The position numbers were made by a program, and so were the translations under genes. Positions 9,490 to 19,450 of a stretch of 64,000 nucleotides of DNA are shown here, one piece after another. Origin of the DNA: Escherichia phage alia. The stretch is taken from sequence record NC_052655.1, one strand, 5' to 3'. Positions within the stretch are counted from its first letter, which is position 1, and each line of letters begins with the position of its first letter. The notes beneath the pieces were generated by a model. It saw only the letters and a list, made by a program, of their open reading frames with translations. It searched no databases and was not told the DNA's origin.

Positions 9490-11262
9490 TTAATAAGAAC
9501 CAGCAGAAATATTTTCTGGGTTACTCGTGTATTGATCGTAATCGTGAAGTGTAGCTGTTTTAATCTCATAGAAGAAACTACCTGCTGCACCAGTCTCTGA
9601 GAACTCACGGTTCTTTAGAATGTAGCAATATGTGCGGTTACGTTCCATAGGATCTTCAGCTTGTTTATCACGCTCCAGCGCAATTGTGATACCAGCACCT
9701 TTAGCAAGGAAGCTACTACCCATTGCATCATCTTCTACAATATGTTCATTACTATTGTTAGAAGACTTTTTAACGTGTGAAATTACAACAATGGTTATTG
9801 CATACTCTTTCATAATGCGTTTGAGCCACGTCGCAAGTTCCTCTTGTTGTGACACGTCCATACCAGAAAGCAAGTCAGAATAAGGGTCGATAACAAGAAT
9901 GGTTACTCCGAAATAAATAATCATTTCCAGAACCTTCTCTTTAATCACATCTACGTTAGCTCCACGATCATCACAAACATAGAAACGTGGTGTTCCATCT
10001 TCTCGTTCGTAAAAATCACGAATCTTTTCTTCATTATCTTTTAAAATCTTTTCCTTCTCTTCTTTTGTTTTACGGTGAAGAGGGATGTGCAAGAATGAAG
10101 ACAGTAAGTTACGAGAATACTTCTTATACGTTGCCTCCAAAGATAAAATACCAAGAGTATGTTCTGGGTGTGCAAGAATAATGTGCTTCGTAATCTCGTT
10201 AACCAACAGTGTCTTACCAATACTTGTTTTTGCAAGTATAACAGTAATTTCTTCTTCTACCAAGCCTCCACCTAACATATTAGAAGCAACACGCATGAAT
10301 GGAGGAAGGGTGATCATTTTAGCTTCCAGGCATTCCAAGGCTGCTTCATACAGTACGTTAGAAGCGTAAACACCAGCAGGTGTGTACAGTTTAGCTTTGA
10401 AAAAGCGATCAATAAAATGATCAATTTTTCCTTCTACTAGTGCCTGGTTAGGATCTTTAACATCCGTTAGTTCCATCACGTAAACTTTATTACGTGGTAA
10501 GATTTTAACACATTTCTCAACTGCTGCACGTCCAGCTTCATCATTATCCATACATAGAACAATCTTTTTAAATTGATCTAAGAATTTATAACGATGTTGA
10601 AGCTGCTTATGCAGAGATGTTTCGCCACAAGTACCAGATACTACAGCAGGAACAGGATATTTACCACCCTTGTTATAATCTTTTAGCATCTGTGTTGCAG
10701 CCAGCATATCGTGTTCACCACCAACGATTAGAATAGTACCGCTGTGGTTACGATATTTAAACTCCCCAAAAAGATCACAATCCTTTCCTGTTTCACCGAT
10801 AGGATGTGAGAAATCTTTTGGATCGATACGTTGTTTATACCCAGCAATATTGTAATCTTTAGTTGTAGGGTATAGTGTTGAAATTACTTCGCCAGTAGCT
10901 TCATCGTACATATAACGTACACCGAAAGGCTTAGAGATATCTTCACGAATACCGCGATAACCTTTTGGATTAGTTCCAGTGCTGGCTTTTAGTTTATCAT
11001 GTACTTCTGGATTAAACTCACTACCCAAGATATCCTCCTCTTCAATTTCTTCGCCGTGTGCATTTAACCATTTTTGATCAGGGATAGTAAAGCCACAAGA
11101 AAAACAATGTGCGCCTCGATGGTCTTCATCGGCATCTAAGCCATATACCATCAAATTGTTTTGTGATCGATCACGCCCTCCTTTCATACAACGAGGACAC
11201 CCAGTATGTCCTTCTTGACTTAGATCAATGTTATACCCATATTTATTTACAACATAAGACAC
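9490..11262 (-). CDS. primase-helicase (T7 gp4-like: zinc ribbon, TOPRIM, DnaB-like helicase)
   Basis: Cys4 element 'CPRCMKGG...CFSCG', TOPRIM-like 'IVLCMDNDEAGRAA', Walker A 'LAKTSIGKT'; 590 aa. Confidence 0.85.
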   Translation of the reverse strand: MSYVVNKYGYNIDLSQEGHTGCPRCMKGGRDRSQNNLMVYGLDADEDHRGAHCFSCGFTIPDQKWLNAHGEEIEEEDILGSEFNPEVHDKLKASTGTNPKGYRGIREDISKPFGVRYMYDEATGEVISTLYPTTKDYNIAGYKQRIDPKDFSHPIGETGKDCDLFGEFKYRNHSGTILIVGGEHDMLAATQMLKDYNKGGKYPVPAVVSGTCGETSLHKQLQHRYKFLDQFKKIVLCMDNDEAGRAAVEKCVKILPRNKVYVMELTDVKDPNQALVEGKIDHFIDRFFKAKLYTPAGVYASNVLYEAALECLEAKMITLPPFMRVASNMLGGGLVEEEITVILAKTSIGKTLLVNEITKHIILAHPEHTLGILSLEATYKKYSRNLLSSFLHIPLHRKTKEEKEKILKDNEEKIRDFYEREDGTPRFYVCDDRGANVDVIKEKVLEMIIYFGVTILVIDPYSDLLSGMDVSQQEELATWLKRIMKEYAITIVVISHVKKSSNNSNEHIVEDDAMGSSFLAKGAGITIALERDKQAEDPMERNRTYCYILKNREFSETGAAGSFFYEIKTATLHDYDQYTSNPENISAGSY

Positions 11263-11274
11263 ATGATTCTCCTA

Positions 11275-11544
11275 CTAAAATGATTCGTTTGTCTCCATAA
11301 TATATTGCATTTCCAAATCTTCCATATGTTTCTTAAATTGGTAAACAATTTCCGATGGGGAAATATCTATATCAAAAAGTTCTTTTGTACCAGAATAAAA
11401 CCTAATACCATCAACAATAAGACCACCATAATAATCCCAATCACTTTCTCGTGAGAAAGGATTAGGTTCTTCATAATAGTAATCTACTTCAACAATAATA
11501 GGTTCTTTATTATCTTGTTTATACTCAAAATCAAAAGTGTTCAT
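11275..11544 (-). CDS. hypothetical protein
   Basis: 89-aa acidic ORF. Confidence 0.4.
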   Translation of the reverse strand: MNTFDFEYKQDNKEPIIVEVDYYYEEPNPFSRESDWDYYGGLIVDGIRFYSGTKELFDIDISPSEIVYQFKKHMEDLEMQYIMETNESF

Positions 11545-12488
11545 TATAAATCCTCGATAAGCAGTCTGCGGGTTTCATTTAAATCATCAATATTGTAGTT
11601 ATCTCTTACATACTTAGCAAGAGCCAATCCTTTCTCAATACAAACATCAGGAGATTCGATTAAGTATTCTACAATATCTTTCCACTCTTTAACTGAATCA
11701 GCAAAGAAGATTAGATCTTTAAATTCTTCAGTATAATAGTTCTCTCGTGGCGAACAAACGAGTGGCAAACCTTTAGCACCAGCTTCAAGAATTTTTAAAT
11801 TACTTTTGGCATTATTAAAATGATTATTTACTAATGGAGCTATGGAGATTTGATGACCATCGTATGCTTCCATATAACACTCATAAGGACGAATACCTTC
11901 ATAAACACAATCTGGTTGAATATTTTCTTTAATTTGCAACCATTGAGCACTACTTAACTCTTCATGATCTCTACGAAATCCACATAAAGTTAAATCTTTA
12001 CCAAAATCAGGAAGAATTGCTAAATCATGTTTATGTGTTTCACTTCCCGCCCAAACCAGTGGACTTTTAGAATAACGGTCTTTCGTAAGAACAAACTGTC
12101 CTTCATCAAAAGGTAATCCGTTAGGCACAATATGTACATTATCATTGTATTGGCTTAATTCAACCTTTAATGCTGGAGTTGTTGTAGTTACAAGATCGCT
12201 TCTTTCAAGGAACCATTTTAGATCATCTCGGATTTGATTTTCAAATAATCCTTCAAGCATATGCCCTTCAGGAATAATTAAAGAATCATCCAGATCCATT
12301 ACCAATTTAAACCCAAGTTGTTTAAGAGCCAGGAAACCTGGCTTTCCACGTGTTGGTACTCCATTGAACACAAAAATATTATGCTTAGGATTAATGGTCA
12401 GTTTGCGTTTATATGGCAAAATGATCCTATGAAAATCACATACACTATACTTTTCATTTCCGCGTGTGTCAAGAATAATATTAGGCAT
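11544..12488 (-). CDS. putative glycosyltransferase, GT-B-like (paralog 1)
   Basis: 'KSNLKILEAGAKGLPLVCSP' resembles the GT1/GT4 C-terminal motif; clear paralog of the next gene. Confidence 0.5.
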   Translation of the reverse strand: MPNIILDTRGNEKYSVCDFHRIILPYKRKLTINPKHNIFVFNGVPTRGKPGFLALKQLGFKLVMDLDDSLIIPEGHMLEGLFENQIRDDLKWFLERSDLVTTTTPALKVELSQYNDNVHIVPNGLPFDEGQFVLTKDRYSKSPLVWAGSETHKHDLAILPDFGKDLTLCGFRRDHEELSSAQWLQIKENIQPDCVYEGIRPYECYMEAYDGHQISIAPLVNNHFNNAKSNLKILEAGAKGLPLVCSPRENYYTEEFKDLIFFADSVKEWKDIVEYLIESPDVCIEKGLALAKYVRDNYNIDDLNETRRLLIEDL

Positions 12489-12499
12489 ATAACTCCTTG

Positions 12500-13474
12500 T
12501 TAAAGACTTTCAATAACTTGACGACGCAGTTCATTGGCATCTGCAAGATTATAATTAAGACGAACGTGTTCTGCAAGCATCATACCACGATCTTCTGTGT
12601 ATCTAGGGTTCCTCATTAGCTTGACAACTTCATAATGCCAAGATGCTTTAGAGTCTGCATAGATAACAGCCTTTGCATCTACCGGATTGAAGTACGGCAG
12701 CACAGGAGAACAGATAATAGGAAGACCCTTTGCACCTGCTTCCAAAATCTTCAAATTGCTTTTACAGTTGTTGAAGTCATTATCTACCAGGGGAGCAATT
12801 GCAATACTGTGACCGTCATACACAGACATATACTCACCTAAATTTTTAATAGCTGGTTTATACTGTGCATTTGGAATTTTACGTTTTATTTTAACCCACT
12901 CCGCAGTAGTTAGATACTGACTATTATTTCCAACAGGTGCAGAAGGATACACTTCATACCCTGCAATTGTCAATAGTGTATCATCAAATGTATTAGCTAC
13001 AAGAGATAAATCAGGCTCATGGCTTGCTCCTCCAGCCCAGATAATAGGTGTGTCAGAACTACGGTCTTTTGTCAAAGTAAATTGACCTTCGTCGTAAGGT
13101 AGTGCGTTTCTAATTACGACAACATTACGATTTAAATGACGAATTTTGTAAGCTAGGTATTCTGTTGTTACAGTAACAACATCTGCTAACTTAACCATCT
13201 CTACAATAGTCTTTGAATGATTAGTAAATACGCCAGCCATATAATGTTCAGGATTAAGTGAATAAAAATCATCTAAATCAACAATAATCTTAACACCTTG
13301 TGCCTTCAGGCGTTTAACCTCGTCTGCTCCACGAGAATACACTCTATTAAAAACTAAAACGTCTTTCTTAGGTTTAAACGTATTTCCAGCAAATGGCATT
13401 ACAATACGATGGTAATCACAACCACTGCCTAACTTATTATCACACTTAAGTACAGGAGTATTAGGATTTACCAT
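12500..13474 (-). CDS. putative glycosyltransferase, GT-B-like (paralog 2)
   Basis: 'KSNLKILEAGAKGLPIICSP'; start set at 'MVNPNTPV', which aligns with the paralog start and has a GAGGAGG RBS. Confidence 0.5.
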   Translation of the reverse strand: MVNPNTPVLKCDNKLGSGCDYHRIVMPFAGNTFKPKKDVLVFNRVYSRGADEVKRLKAQGVKIIVDLDDFYSLNPEHYMAGVFTNHSKTIVEMVKLADVVTVTTEYLAYKIRHLNRNVVVIRNALPYDEGQFTLTKDRSSDTPIIWAGGASHEPDLSLVANTFDDTLLTIAGYEVYPSAPVGNNSQYLTTAEWVKIKRKIPNAQYKPAIKNLGEYMSVYDGHSIAIAPLVDNDFNNCKSNLKILEAGAKGLPIICSPVLPYFNPVDAKAVIYADSKASWHYEVVKLMRNPRYTEDRGMMLAEHVRLNYNLADANELRRQVIESL

Positions 13475-14147
13475 ATTTTTGAGCCTCCTCATAAGAGATA
13501 AAAGTTTTACCATTGCGAAGATCCTCCAGGGATTGTTTATATTGTTCCCAGTTTACACCAATCCCCTGTTCTTTCTCTTCTTTTGACAGATTCGCAAAAG
13601 GTAAAGGATTGTCTCCAAATACATCATCAGGATGGATAAACGCCATAATTCGAATAGGACATGGCACGCCTTGAATACCTCGGTTCAAACCTGCCAGTGG
13701 AACGCGATGAATCCACTCTGCATCTTCATATCCATAACCGTGGGTGTATGAGCGGAAATAGCCAGCTTTCTCAATAACTGCACGGGAATACATACCAAAC
13801 TGGCACATACCTAGTTCCCAAATAACCACTTCCCCTTCAATACCTTTTACTTTATCTTTAAAGTATTCAGGCATACCAAAGAAATCCCAACCATTTTCCT
13901 TCGCCTGTTTTACAAAATATGTTTCCCAACCTTGAACAACAGGATAGCAATCATCATCAAAAATAAACCAGTAATCATACCCTTCATCATAAAACTTTTT
14001 CATCAGTTCATTACGAGCATATGCAACACCTTTTCGCTCCCGATCATACTGCACAACAAAAGTAGCATTAGGATCAGTCACAAGATAATCTTTAAGAGGA
14101 CGCTTACCTACAGTAATAACACCAACACCAATTTTTGTATTTTCCAA
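13461..14147 (-). CDS. putative glycosyltransferase, GT-A-like
   Basis: Possible DxD motif in 'WFIFDDDCYP'; 228 aa. Confidence 0.4.
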   Translation of the reverse strand: MENTKIGVGVITVGKRPLKDYLVTDPNATFVVQYDRERKGVAYARNELMKKFYDEGYDYWFIFDDDCYPVVQGWETYFVKQAKENGWDFFGMPEYFKDKVKGIEGEVVIWELGMCQFGMYSRAVIEKAGYFRSYTHGYGYEDAEWIHRVPLAGLNRGIQGVPCPIRIMAFIHPDDVFGDNPLPFANLSKEEKEQGIGVNWEQYKQSLEDLRNGKTFISYEEAQKYGKS

Positions 14148-14156
14148 AATAACTCC

Positions 14157-14720
14157 TTAAATAATTTTATTCATGTCTTGACAATGTAAAAGGTGTGAAA
14201 TAGCTTTTCTAGGATCATCATTACCTAAACGGTATGTGTGAAATAAATATAACCCACGTAGTAAACCTAGCCTTTTATTGTTAGCGTGCAATGCTTTAGA
14301 GAAAATTATATCAAACTGTATTGATCTTTCCTCAAAAGGGATTTCATTCCACAGACTCTTACGAAAGAGAAGAAAGAATCCTGCTAAGATAGCATCTGTA
14401 GGTACTTCCTCTATTGAGTTTCCCCATTCTAGATGTGCTCTTTTTGCAATCTCAATGTGGTGTAATATATTTGGATCTTCACTTCTTTCATTATTAAATA
14501 ATTGATATGTTGATCCCAATCTATTACAAGATGCACCAAGAACATCAAAATCAGGATTTGAACGGACTATTGATTCCAGCCAAGCAGGTTGTTCTGGAAG
14601 AAGAAACATTGTATCAATGTCTCTTAGGCAAATCCAACTATCTTCTGGTAAAACACTTATTGTGTCATTGATACCTTTTCCAATATCTCCAGAAAGATAG
14701 GGAGTTATGTGAAATATCAT
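14157..14720 (-). CDS. hypothetical protein, possible small glycosyltransferase
   Basis: 'RDIDTMF' could be a DxD-like motif; weak. Confidence 0.35.
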   Translation of the reverse strand: MIFHITPYLSGDIGKGINDTISVLPEDSWICLRDIDTMFLLPEQPAWLESIVRSNPDFDVLGASCNRLGSTYQLFNNERSEDPNILHHIEIAKRAHLEWGNSIEEVPTDAILAGFFLLFRKSLWNEIPFEERSIQFDIIFSKALHANNKRLGLLRGLYLFHTYRLGNDDPRKAISHLLHCQDMNKII

Positions 14721-14777
14721 ACTCCCTCCGTATTATTACTTTAGCATTTTTAGACTAAAAAGTCCAAATGGTTTTAC

Positions 14778-14972
14778 CTATTGATTACGTTTTGCGAGTT
14801 CCATTTGGATAGCTAAACTGTGATCTCGTGCTTCCATATACTCTTTATATGTTTCATTAAGATGATCACGACAAACATCACGCAGTTTAATCAGTTTATC
14901 TGTAGGGATACCACTAAGATCATCCCAAGATTTTACAACTTCACCAGTATCATTGATCCCAATGGTTTTCAT
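14778..14972 (-). CDS. hypothetical protein
   Basis: 64-aa ORF. Confidence 0.35.
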   Translation of the reverse strand: MKTIGINDTGEVVKSWDDLSGIPTDKLIKLRDVCRDHLNETYKEYMEARDHSLAIQMELAKRNQ

Positions 14973-15228
14973 CTACAACCTCCTTAATTGCTACAGCACA
15001 GTTTTTGCAGATACACTGCCCTTTACCTTTAGAAATCTGGATGTAAGGTTCATTTTCATTTTCGCCCTTACGTGAGTCATATATTACAGAATTGAAGCAC
15101 ACAACGCAAATATTTTTTAAGATTGTATACTTATCAACTTTCTTTTTTGTTTTAAAGTTAACTTCAATAACATCAGCCATCAGTGTAACACTCCCAGTAT
15201 GTTGCTTTGTGACATAACCATAGAACAT
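14950..15228 (-). CDS. hypothetical Cys-rich protein
   Basis: 'CVVCFN...CICKNC' suggests a zinc-binding motif. Confidence 0.35.
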   Translation of the reverse strand: MFYGYVTKQHTGSVTLMADVIEVNFKTKKKVDKYTILKNICVVCFNSVIYDSRKGENENEPYIQISKGKGQCICKNCAVAIKEVVDENHWDQ

Positions 15229-15458
15229 TCAACATTATCGTGACTACGTGAAAAACGTTCCCAAACATCTTCATCGACTCGTAAAGCTATACAAGGATAG
15301 ACGTTATCATTGATCATTTCAATTGAATAAACATCCACATTGTCTTCGTCTTCGATGAACATCATTGCAAACTGTTCTAAATGTTTCCTAATGTAATGTA
15401 CATCCTCTTCTGTAAGACCAATAACAAGATAACTTGCAACGATAACGCCATCTTTCAT
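15180..15458 (-). CDS. hypothetical protein
   Basis: 92-aa ORF. Confidence 0.35.
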   Translation of the reverse strand: MKDGVIVASYLVIGLTEEDVHYIRKHLEQFAMMFIEDEDNVDVYSIEMINDNVYPCIALRVDEDVWERFSRSHDNVECSMVMSQSNILGVLH

Positions 15459-15468
15459 CTATATCTCC

Positions 15469-15978
15469 TTAGCGATAGAATTGATGTTCTTTGTAGCGGT
15501 ACACTAGAACCATATCTTTTTCCCAGTGTGCTCTTATTGTAGATTTTTTAAAGTATAATGCTCCTTTTGTAATATCTAATGCAATTCGTAATTCTGGAAA
15601 ATGCGTATCGAGATAAAGTAGACGTTCTGCTATAGCCTTAGCTTCCTTCCACTTATCACGTTCCATAACGTTGAATGTCTTTGTGTAAGAGAATTGTCCT
15701 TTTTGAAACAAAACTTCTTTTATAGTATCAGGGAAATATGAATCTCTAGCCCTATTCAATACTACATTACCAACAGCAGACATACCGCGCTTTCCTTGAT
15801 TACGACTTTCTGCATAGATTGCACAAGCTAATAGATTTTCTTTACTATCACGCTTTGTACACTTGTGAACTACTTTAGCAGTTTTTACGTTTGCAGCTTC
15901 GGCTTGCGCCACGACAGGTGTAAATGTAAAAGCAGTTAAGGATAGTAACGCAATTGCGACAAAGGTTTTTATTGACAA
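15469..15978 (-). CDS. secreted SleB-type cell wall hydrolase
   Basis: N-terminal signal peptide 'IKTFVAIALLSLTAFTFTPVVAQA'; 'CAIYAESRNQGKRGMSAVGNVVLNRARDSYFPDTIKEVLFQKGQFS' matches the SleB/Hydrolase_2 core; TTG start with AGGAGG RBS. Confidence 0.65.
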   Translation of the reverse strand: MSIKTFVAIALLSLTAFTFTPVVAQAEAANVKTAKVVHKCTKRDSKENLLACAIYAESRNQGKRGMSAVGNVVLNRARDSYFPDTIKEVLFQKGQFSYTKTFNVMERDKWKEAKAIAERLLYLDTHFPELRIALDITKGALYFKKSTIRAHWEKDMVLVYRYKEHQFYR

Positions 15979-16071
15979 ACTTGCCTCCTATTTTGTTAAA
16001 CGAACTTTTATTGTAACACAGAAGAGGCTGTTTTGCAAGTGGAGGGGGGATAATCCCCCTCTTACACCCTG

Positions 16072-16674
16072 TTAGATGTTGTAAACCTTCGTATGAGTTA
16101 CTACACCATCTTCTACAAAATCAATACGTTCTTGATCCGTAACTAGTGCAGACAACACTTTAAATTTAATTGTTACACGTTCAAAAGCTGGTTGACCATC
16201 TTTAAGATAATTATGTTCAGTTGTTACTGTCTTGTTTACAAAATCAACTTTCGCTTTACCGTTTTCGCGCAAGTGGAATGTTTTTCCTGCTTTATACACA
16301 ATTTCAACATTACCTTCGAGAGTAATTCCTTCAAAAAGTTCGCCCTCTTCTTCATTTTCTTCACTTTTGAACAGACGACGAAACTCTTCCATATCAAGAT
16401 AAACAACATCTTCAGAATAACTATCAGTAAGGTATGTCTTACCATCCATTAACCCGAAATATTGCCAGATCGCAGAATAAACATCACTAGTTGATCCAAG
16501 GGTATCTCTGAGTTTAGTTCCACGGATTACTTCATAAACTTCAAAATTGAAACCAGACTGCAAAGCATTAAACAGTACATCACTAACTTCTAAAGCATAA
16601 TCTTCATTGTTGTCAATATCCACAAGAAAATTGCCGCTACGAATAAGTTTTTGACCTTCTAAAGTAATACTCAT
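16072..16674 (-). CDS. hypothetical protein
   Basis: 200-aa ORF immediately upstream of the TerD-like gene. Confidence 0.5.
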   Translation of the reverse strand: MSITLEGQKLIRSGNFLVDIDNNEDYALEVSDVLFNALQSGFNFEVYEVIRGTKLRDTLGSTSDVYSAIWQYFGLMDGKTYLTDSYSEDVVYLDMEEFRRLFKSEENEEEGELFEGITLEGNVEIVYKAGKTFHLRENGKAKVDFVNKTVTTEHNYLKDGQPAFERVTIKFKVLSALVTDQERIDFVEDGVVTHTKVYNI

Positions 16675-16701
16675 TGTTTTCTCCTCTTCTATTTAAAATA
16701 T

Positions 16702-16726
16702 GCGCCCCGAAGGGCGCTATGATTTA
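16702..16726 (-). terminator. intrinsic terminator hairpin (GCGCCC-cgaa-GGGCGC)
   Basis: GC hairpin just downstream of the TerD-like stop codon. Confidence 0.4.
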
Positions 16727-17323
16727 TTACTCGAACCAATCGTCGCCAGCGCCAAACGCTTTAACTACATCATAAATGTCAAGTCCAGCTTTACCTACAC
16801 CATATGCTTTCAGTTTCCATTCGTTATCTTCCCGCACCAGGGAGGCAACGTGGCAAATGGTATTACCTGCAAGTTCTGGAGCCAAGAAGTCAAAGTCCAG
16901 CAGTTCAACGTTACGTTCATCATCGAAGATTTTAAGGAAACCTTCGGTAGCGTGACCAAGGCGTTTCTTACCCGTTTCGTCATCAATAGTAATTACGAAT
17001 GCAATTTCCTGTGCTTCAGCAGAGATATTATCCAGTGTAACATCAATCTGCTCCATTTGCCCTACACCGTCACGAACATCTTCACCTGCAAAAGTAGAAC
17101 GTTCAGGATCAAATTTCTGTGCGTAGCATACCAGGTGGCGAGGAGACAACAGTTCCGGCAGACCAGATGCATTGTGTCGGCAAATCAGAGCACTAACATC
17201 CAGATCCAGTTTTTCGTTAGATTTCCAAGAGAATTCCAGACGAATGCGTTTCAGTGCTGGTGCAATCTTTTTCAGAGAAACTTTTTCGCTAGAACCTTTT
17301 TTCAGGGAAATTTTCTGAGTCAT
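16727..17323 (-). CDS. TerD-family protein
   Basis: 'ISLKKGSSEKVSLKKIAPAL', 'DLDVSALI', 'FVITI' and 'NEWKLKAYGVG' align with E. coli TerD; AGGAGG RBS. Confidence 0.85.
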   Translation of the reverse strand: MTQKISLKKGSSEKVSLKKIAPALKRIRLEFSWKSNEKLDLDVSALICRHNASGLPELLSPRHLVCYAQKFDPERSTFAGEDVRDGVGQMEQIDVTLDNISAEAQEIAFVITIDDETGKKRLGHATEGFLKIFDDERNVELLDFDFLAPELAGNTICHVASLVREDNEWKLKAYGVGKAGLDIYDVVKAFGAGDDWFE

Positions 17324-17395
17324 AATTTATTACCTCCTTTGTTGTTAATTTACGTTGTCTATTTTACTAATCTTTTCTACAAAGTCAAGCGTTTT

Positions 17396-18190
17396 TTACG
17401 CTTTTGCTCCAAATTTTTTAACCCACTCGCCAAACTCTTCAGATAGCAGTTTATCGTAAAGTTCTTCGTCAGACAAGGACAAATCTGCAATACCGATAAA
17501 ATCAACATTATCGTATTCTTTTGCCAAGTCTTTCAGGAATTTAAAGTTTGCATTACCTACACCGACCATAAACCAGTAAACAGGAGTGTTGCGGTGTTTG
17601 TTCAGCAAACTACGTACTGCTGAAGTATCCATGTTCTCCCCGTCAGTTTGGAAGAAAATCATTGCAGGAGTACGATCAACTTGTGCATCAGTATCTACAA
17701 CCTGTTCTATAACAGTACGTGTAACTTCTACAAGTTCTTTTTTACCAGTTAGTTTAGCAAGGAAACCCTTAGCCGGAACTTCTTCATACTCAACGACTTG
17801 GCGTGTAATATTTTTCATAGGTACACTACCGAAGTATGTATCATAGATCTCTTGCATTACTGGAGCATAAGCAGTACCACCATTGATGCAAACATTAGAC
17901 ATACAAGAGCCGACATAATCATCATATACATCAGCCGTTGCAGGAGGCAGTTCAAAAGAAGAACTATTGAAAGCCCACATGTCAATCTGTGCATTATCAT
18001 CAAACTTCATACCAAACGGCAGCAGCTTACCTACAAAATCACTAACAGTGCCATCACGATACAGCTCACACATACTACCCGAAATATCTAAGGCGCTTCC
18101 GACACGAAGAACAACATCGTTAATCTTTTTCTTACGCAGAGATACGGTAAGAGTTTCTTGACGTTTTTTAAGACTGATTTTATTGGACAT
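17396..18190 (-). CDS. von Willebrand factor A domain protein (TerY-like)
   Basis: MIDAS motif 'DISGSM'; N-terminus 'ISLKKRQETLTVSLRKK' echoes the TerD N-terminus. Confidence 0.65.
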   Translation of the reverse strand: MSNKISLKKRQETLTVSLRKKKINDVVLRVGSALDISGSMCELYRDGTVSDFVGKLLPFGMKFDDNAQIDMWAFNSSSFELPPATADVYDDYVGSCMSNVCINGGTAYAPVMQEIYDTYFGSVPMKNITRQVVEYEEVPAKGFLAKLTGKKELVEVTRTVIEQVVDTDAQVDRTPAMIFFQTDGENMDTSAVRSLLNKHRNTPVYWFMVGVGNANFKFLKDLAKEYDNVDFIGIADLSLSDEELYDKLLSEEFGEWVKKFGAKA

Positions 18191-18191
18191 A

Positions 18192-18461
18192 TTATTTCTC
18201 CTTTCTGAGTGTAATGTTAGTAACTTCTAAATCCACTTCTACCATTTCTGTATCATATGAAATACAGCTAAGTTGACCTCTTTGTGAACCGTTCAGACAC
18301 ATTGCTTGGTTTGTATTAACTTTAATAAACACTAAGTTTCTGAACGTATCTAAACCAGAATCTTGATACGCAACATAATATACAAATGTATCACCTGCAT
18401 CAAGTTCTCCAAAACATTTAGGTTCATCTGATTCGTCGTCTTTGATATTAAATTTAAGCAC
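18192..18461 (-). CDS. hypothetical protein
   Basis: 89-aa ORF. Confidence 0.4.
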   Translation of the reverse strand: MLKFNIKDDESDEPKCFGELDAGDTFVYYVAYQDSGLDTFRNLVFIKVNTNQAMCLNGSQRGQLSCISYDTEMVEVDLEVTNITLRKEK

Positions 18462-19017
18462 TATCTTCTCCTTTACCTGCTCTCAAGCCTAAATAGAAAG
18501 CCTCTCTGGTGATCTTTTGCAACTCGTTTAAAGAGATAGTTACAACTAAATCATCTTCAATTTCTAGCTTTGAGTCTTCTTCTGTCTCAATGCAAGTATT
18601 ATGCACTTTGTGGTAAGGATTGTCAACACGTTTAAATTTATTATTTTCAGTGCTGAAGAAGCAATCTGGATCTTCTTCCCCATCACCCCAACCCTGGTTA
18701 GGATCTTCTTCAGATCTTTCTGTTGGGATCTCGCCTGTAAAGTGCTCTTCTAATACCAGAGCAATCCCATCTCCAAGATCGGAAGAGAACATCAAATTAC
18801 AAACTTCTTCCCAAGGCATAGACCACTTAAATCTTTTACGATTGCCATGTTTATCTTCTTCGTTAGAGAAAACACTACCATAGCTATCATAATTCCCATA
18901 CATCTCTTCGATAACCTTACCACCTTTCAAAAGAAATAGGTAGCAAGGAGAGCCATCGAAAGAGGTAGAAAGAGCAGCATTACCAGACTCTTTGCACAAG
19001 AAACTAAAACATCCCAT
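18454..19017 (-). CDS. hypothetical protein
   Basis: 187-aa acidic ORF. Confidence 0.45.
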   Translation of the reverse strand: MGCFSFLCKESGNAALSTSFDGSPCYLFLLKGGKVIEEMYGNYDSYGSVFSNEEDKHGNRKRFKWSMPWEEVCNLMFSSDLGDGIALVLEEHFTGEIPTERSEEDPNQGWGDGEEDPDCFFSTENNKFKRVDNPYHKVHNTCIETEEDSKLEIEDDLVVTISLNELQKITREAFYLGLRAGKGEDSA

Positions 19018-19217
19018 TATACACCAGCCTTAAGATCAATTATAGCCAAAGTTGTTTCAGAGTGTGTTTGCTCGTCTACAGGTGCAGTCATATGATAATA
19101 CAAAAAGTCTTCGGCATCATACCAATCTGACTCTTGACCTTGTTTCCAACCATCAATGAAAGCATCTTCCATAATGGTTTGTAACTCTTCACGAGTTAAG
19201 TGAATATCTTTACTCAT
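19017..19217 (-). CDS. hypothetical protein
   Basis: 66-aa ORF; start overlaps the upstream stop. Confidence 0.4.
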   Translation of the reverse strand: MSKDIHLTREELQTIMEDAFIDGWKQGQESDWYDAEDFLYYHMTAPVDEQTHSETTLAIIDLKAGV

Positions 19218-19450
19218 TACACATTCTCCTCTTTTACCAATTCCATCGTTGAACTATCAAAACCATCTTTAGAAGAATAGGTATAGACAGAACGTAGTTC
19301 TCGCAGGACAGTGAATACATTAGGATCATCTAACCAAGCATCCTGGAGGAGAACATAACGATCTTCATTGTCGTACTGGACGGCAATCATAGAACCAGAC
19401 AGTTTGTAAATTTTAATATTCATAATATATTTCTCCTTAAAGTAGACCAC
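19217..19450 (-). CDS. hypothetical protein
   Basis: 77-aa ORF. Confidence 0.4.
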   Translation of the reverse strand: MVYFKEKYIMNIKIYKLSGSMIAVQYDNEDRYVLLQDAWLDDPNVFTVLRELRSVYTYSSKDGFDSSTMELVKEENV

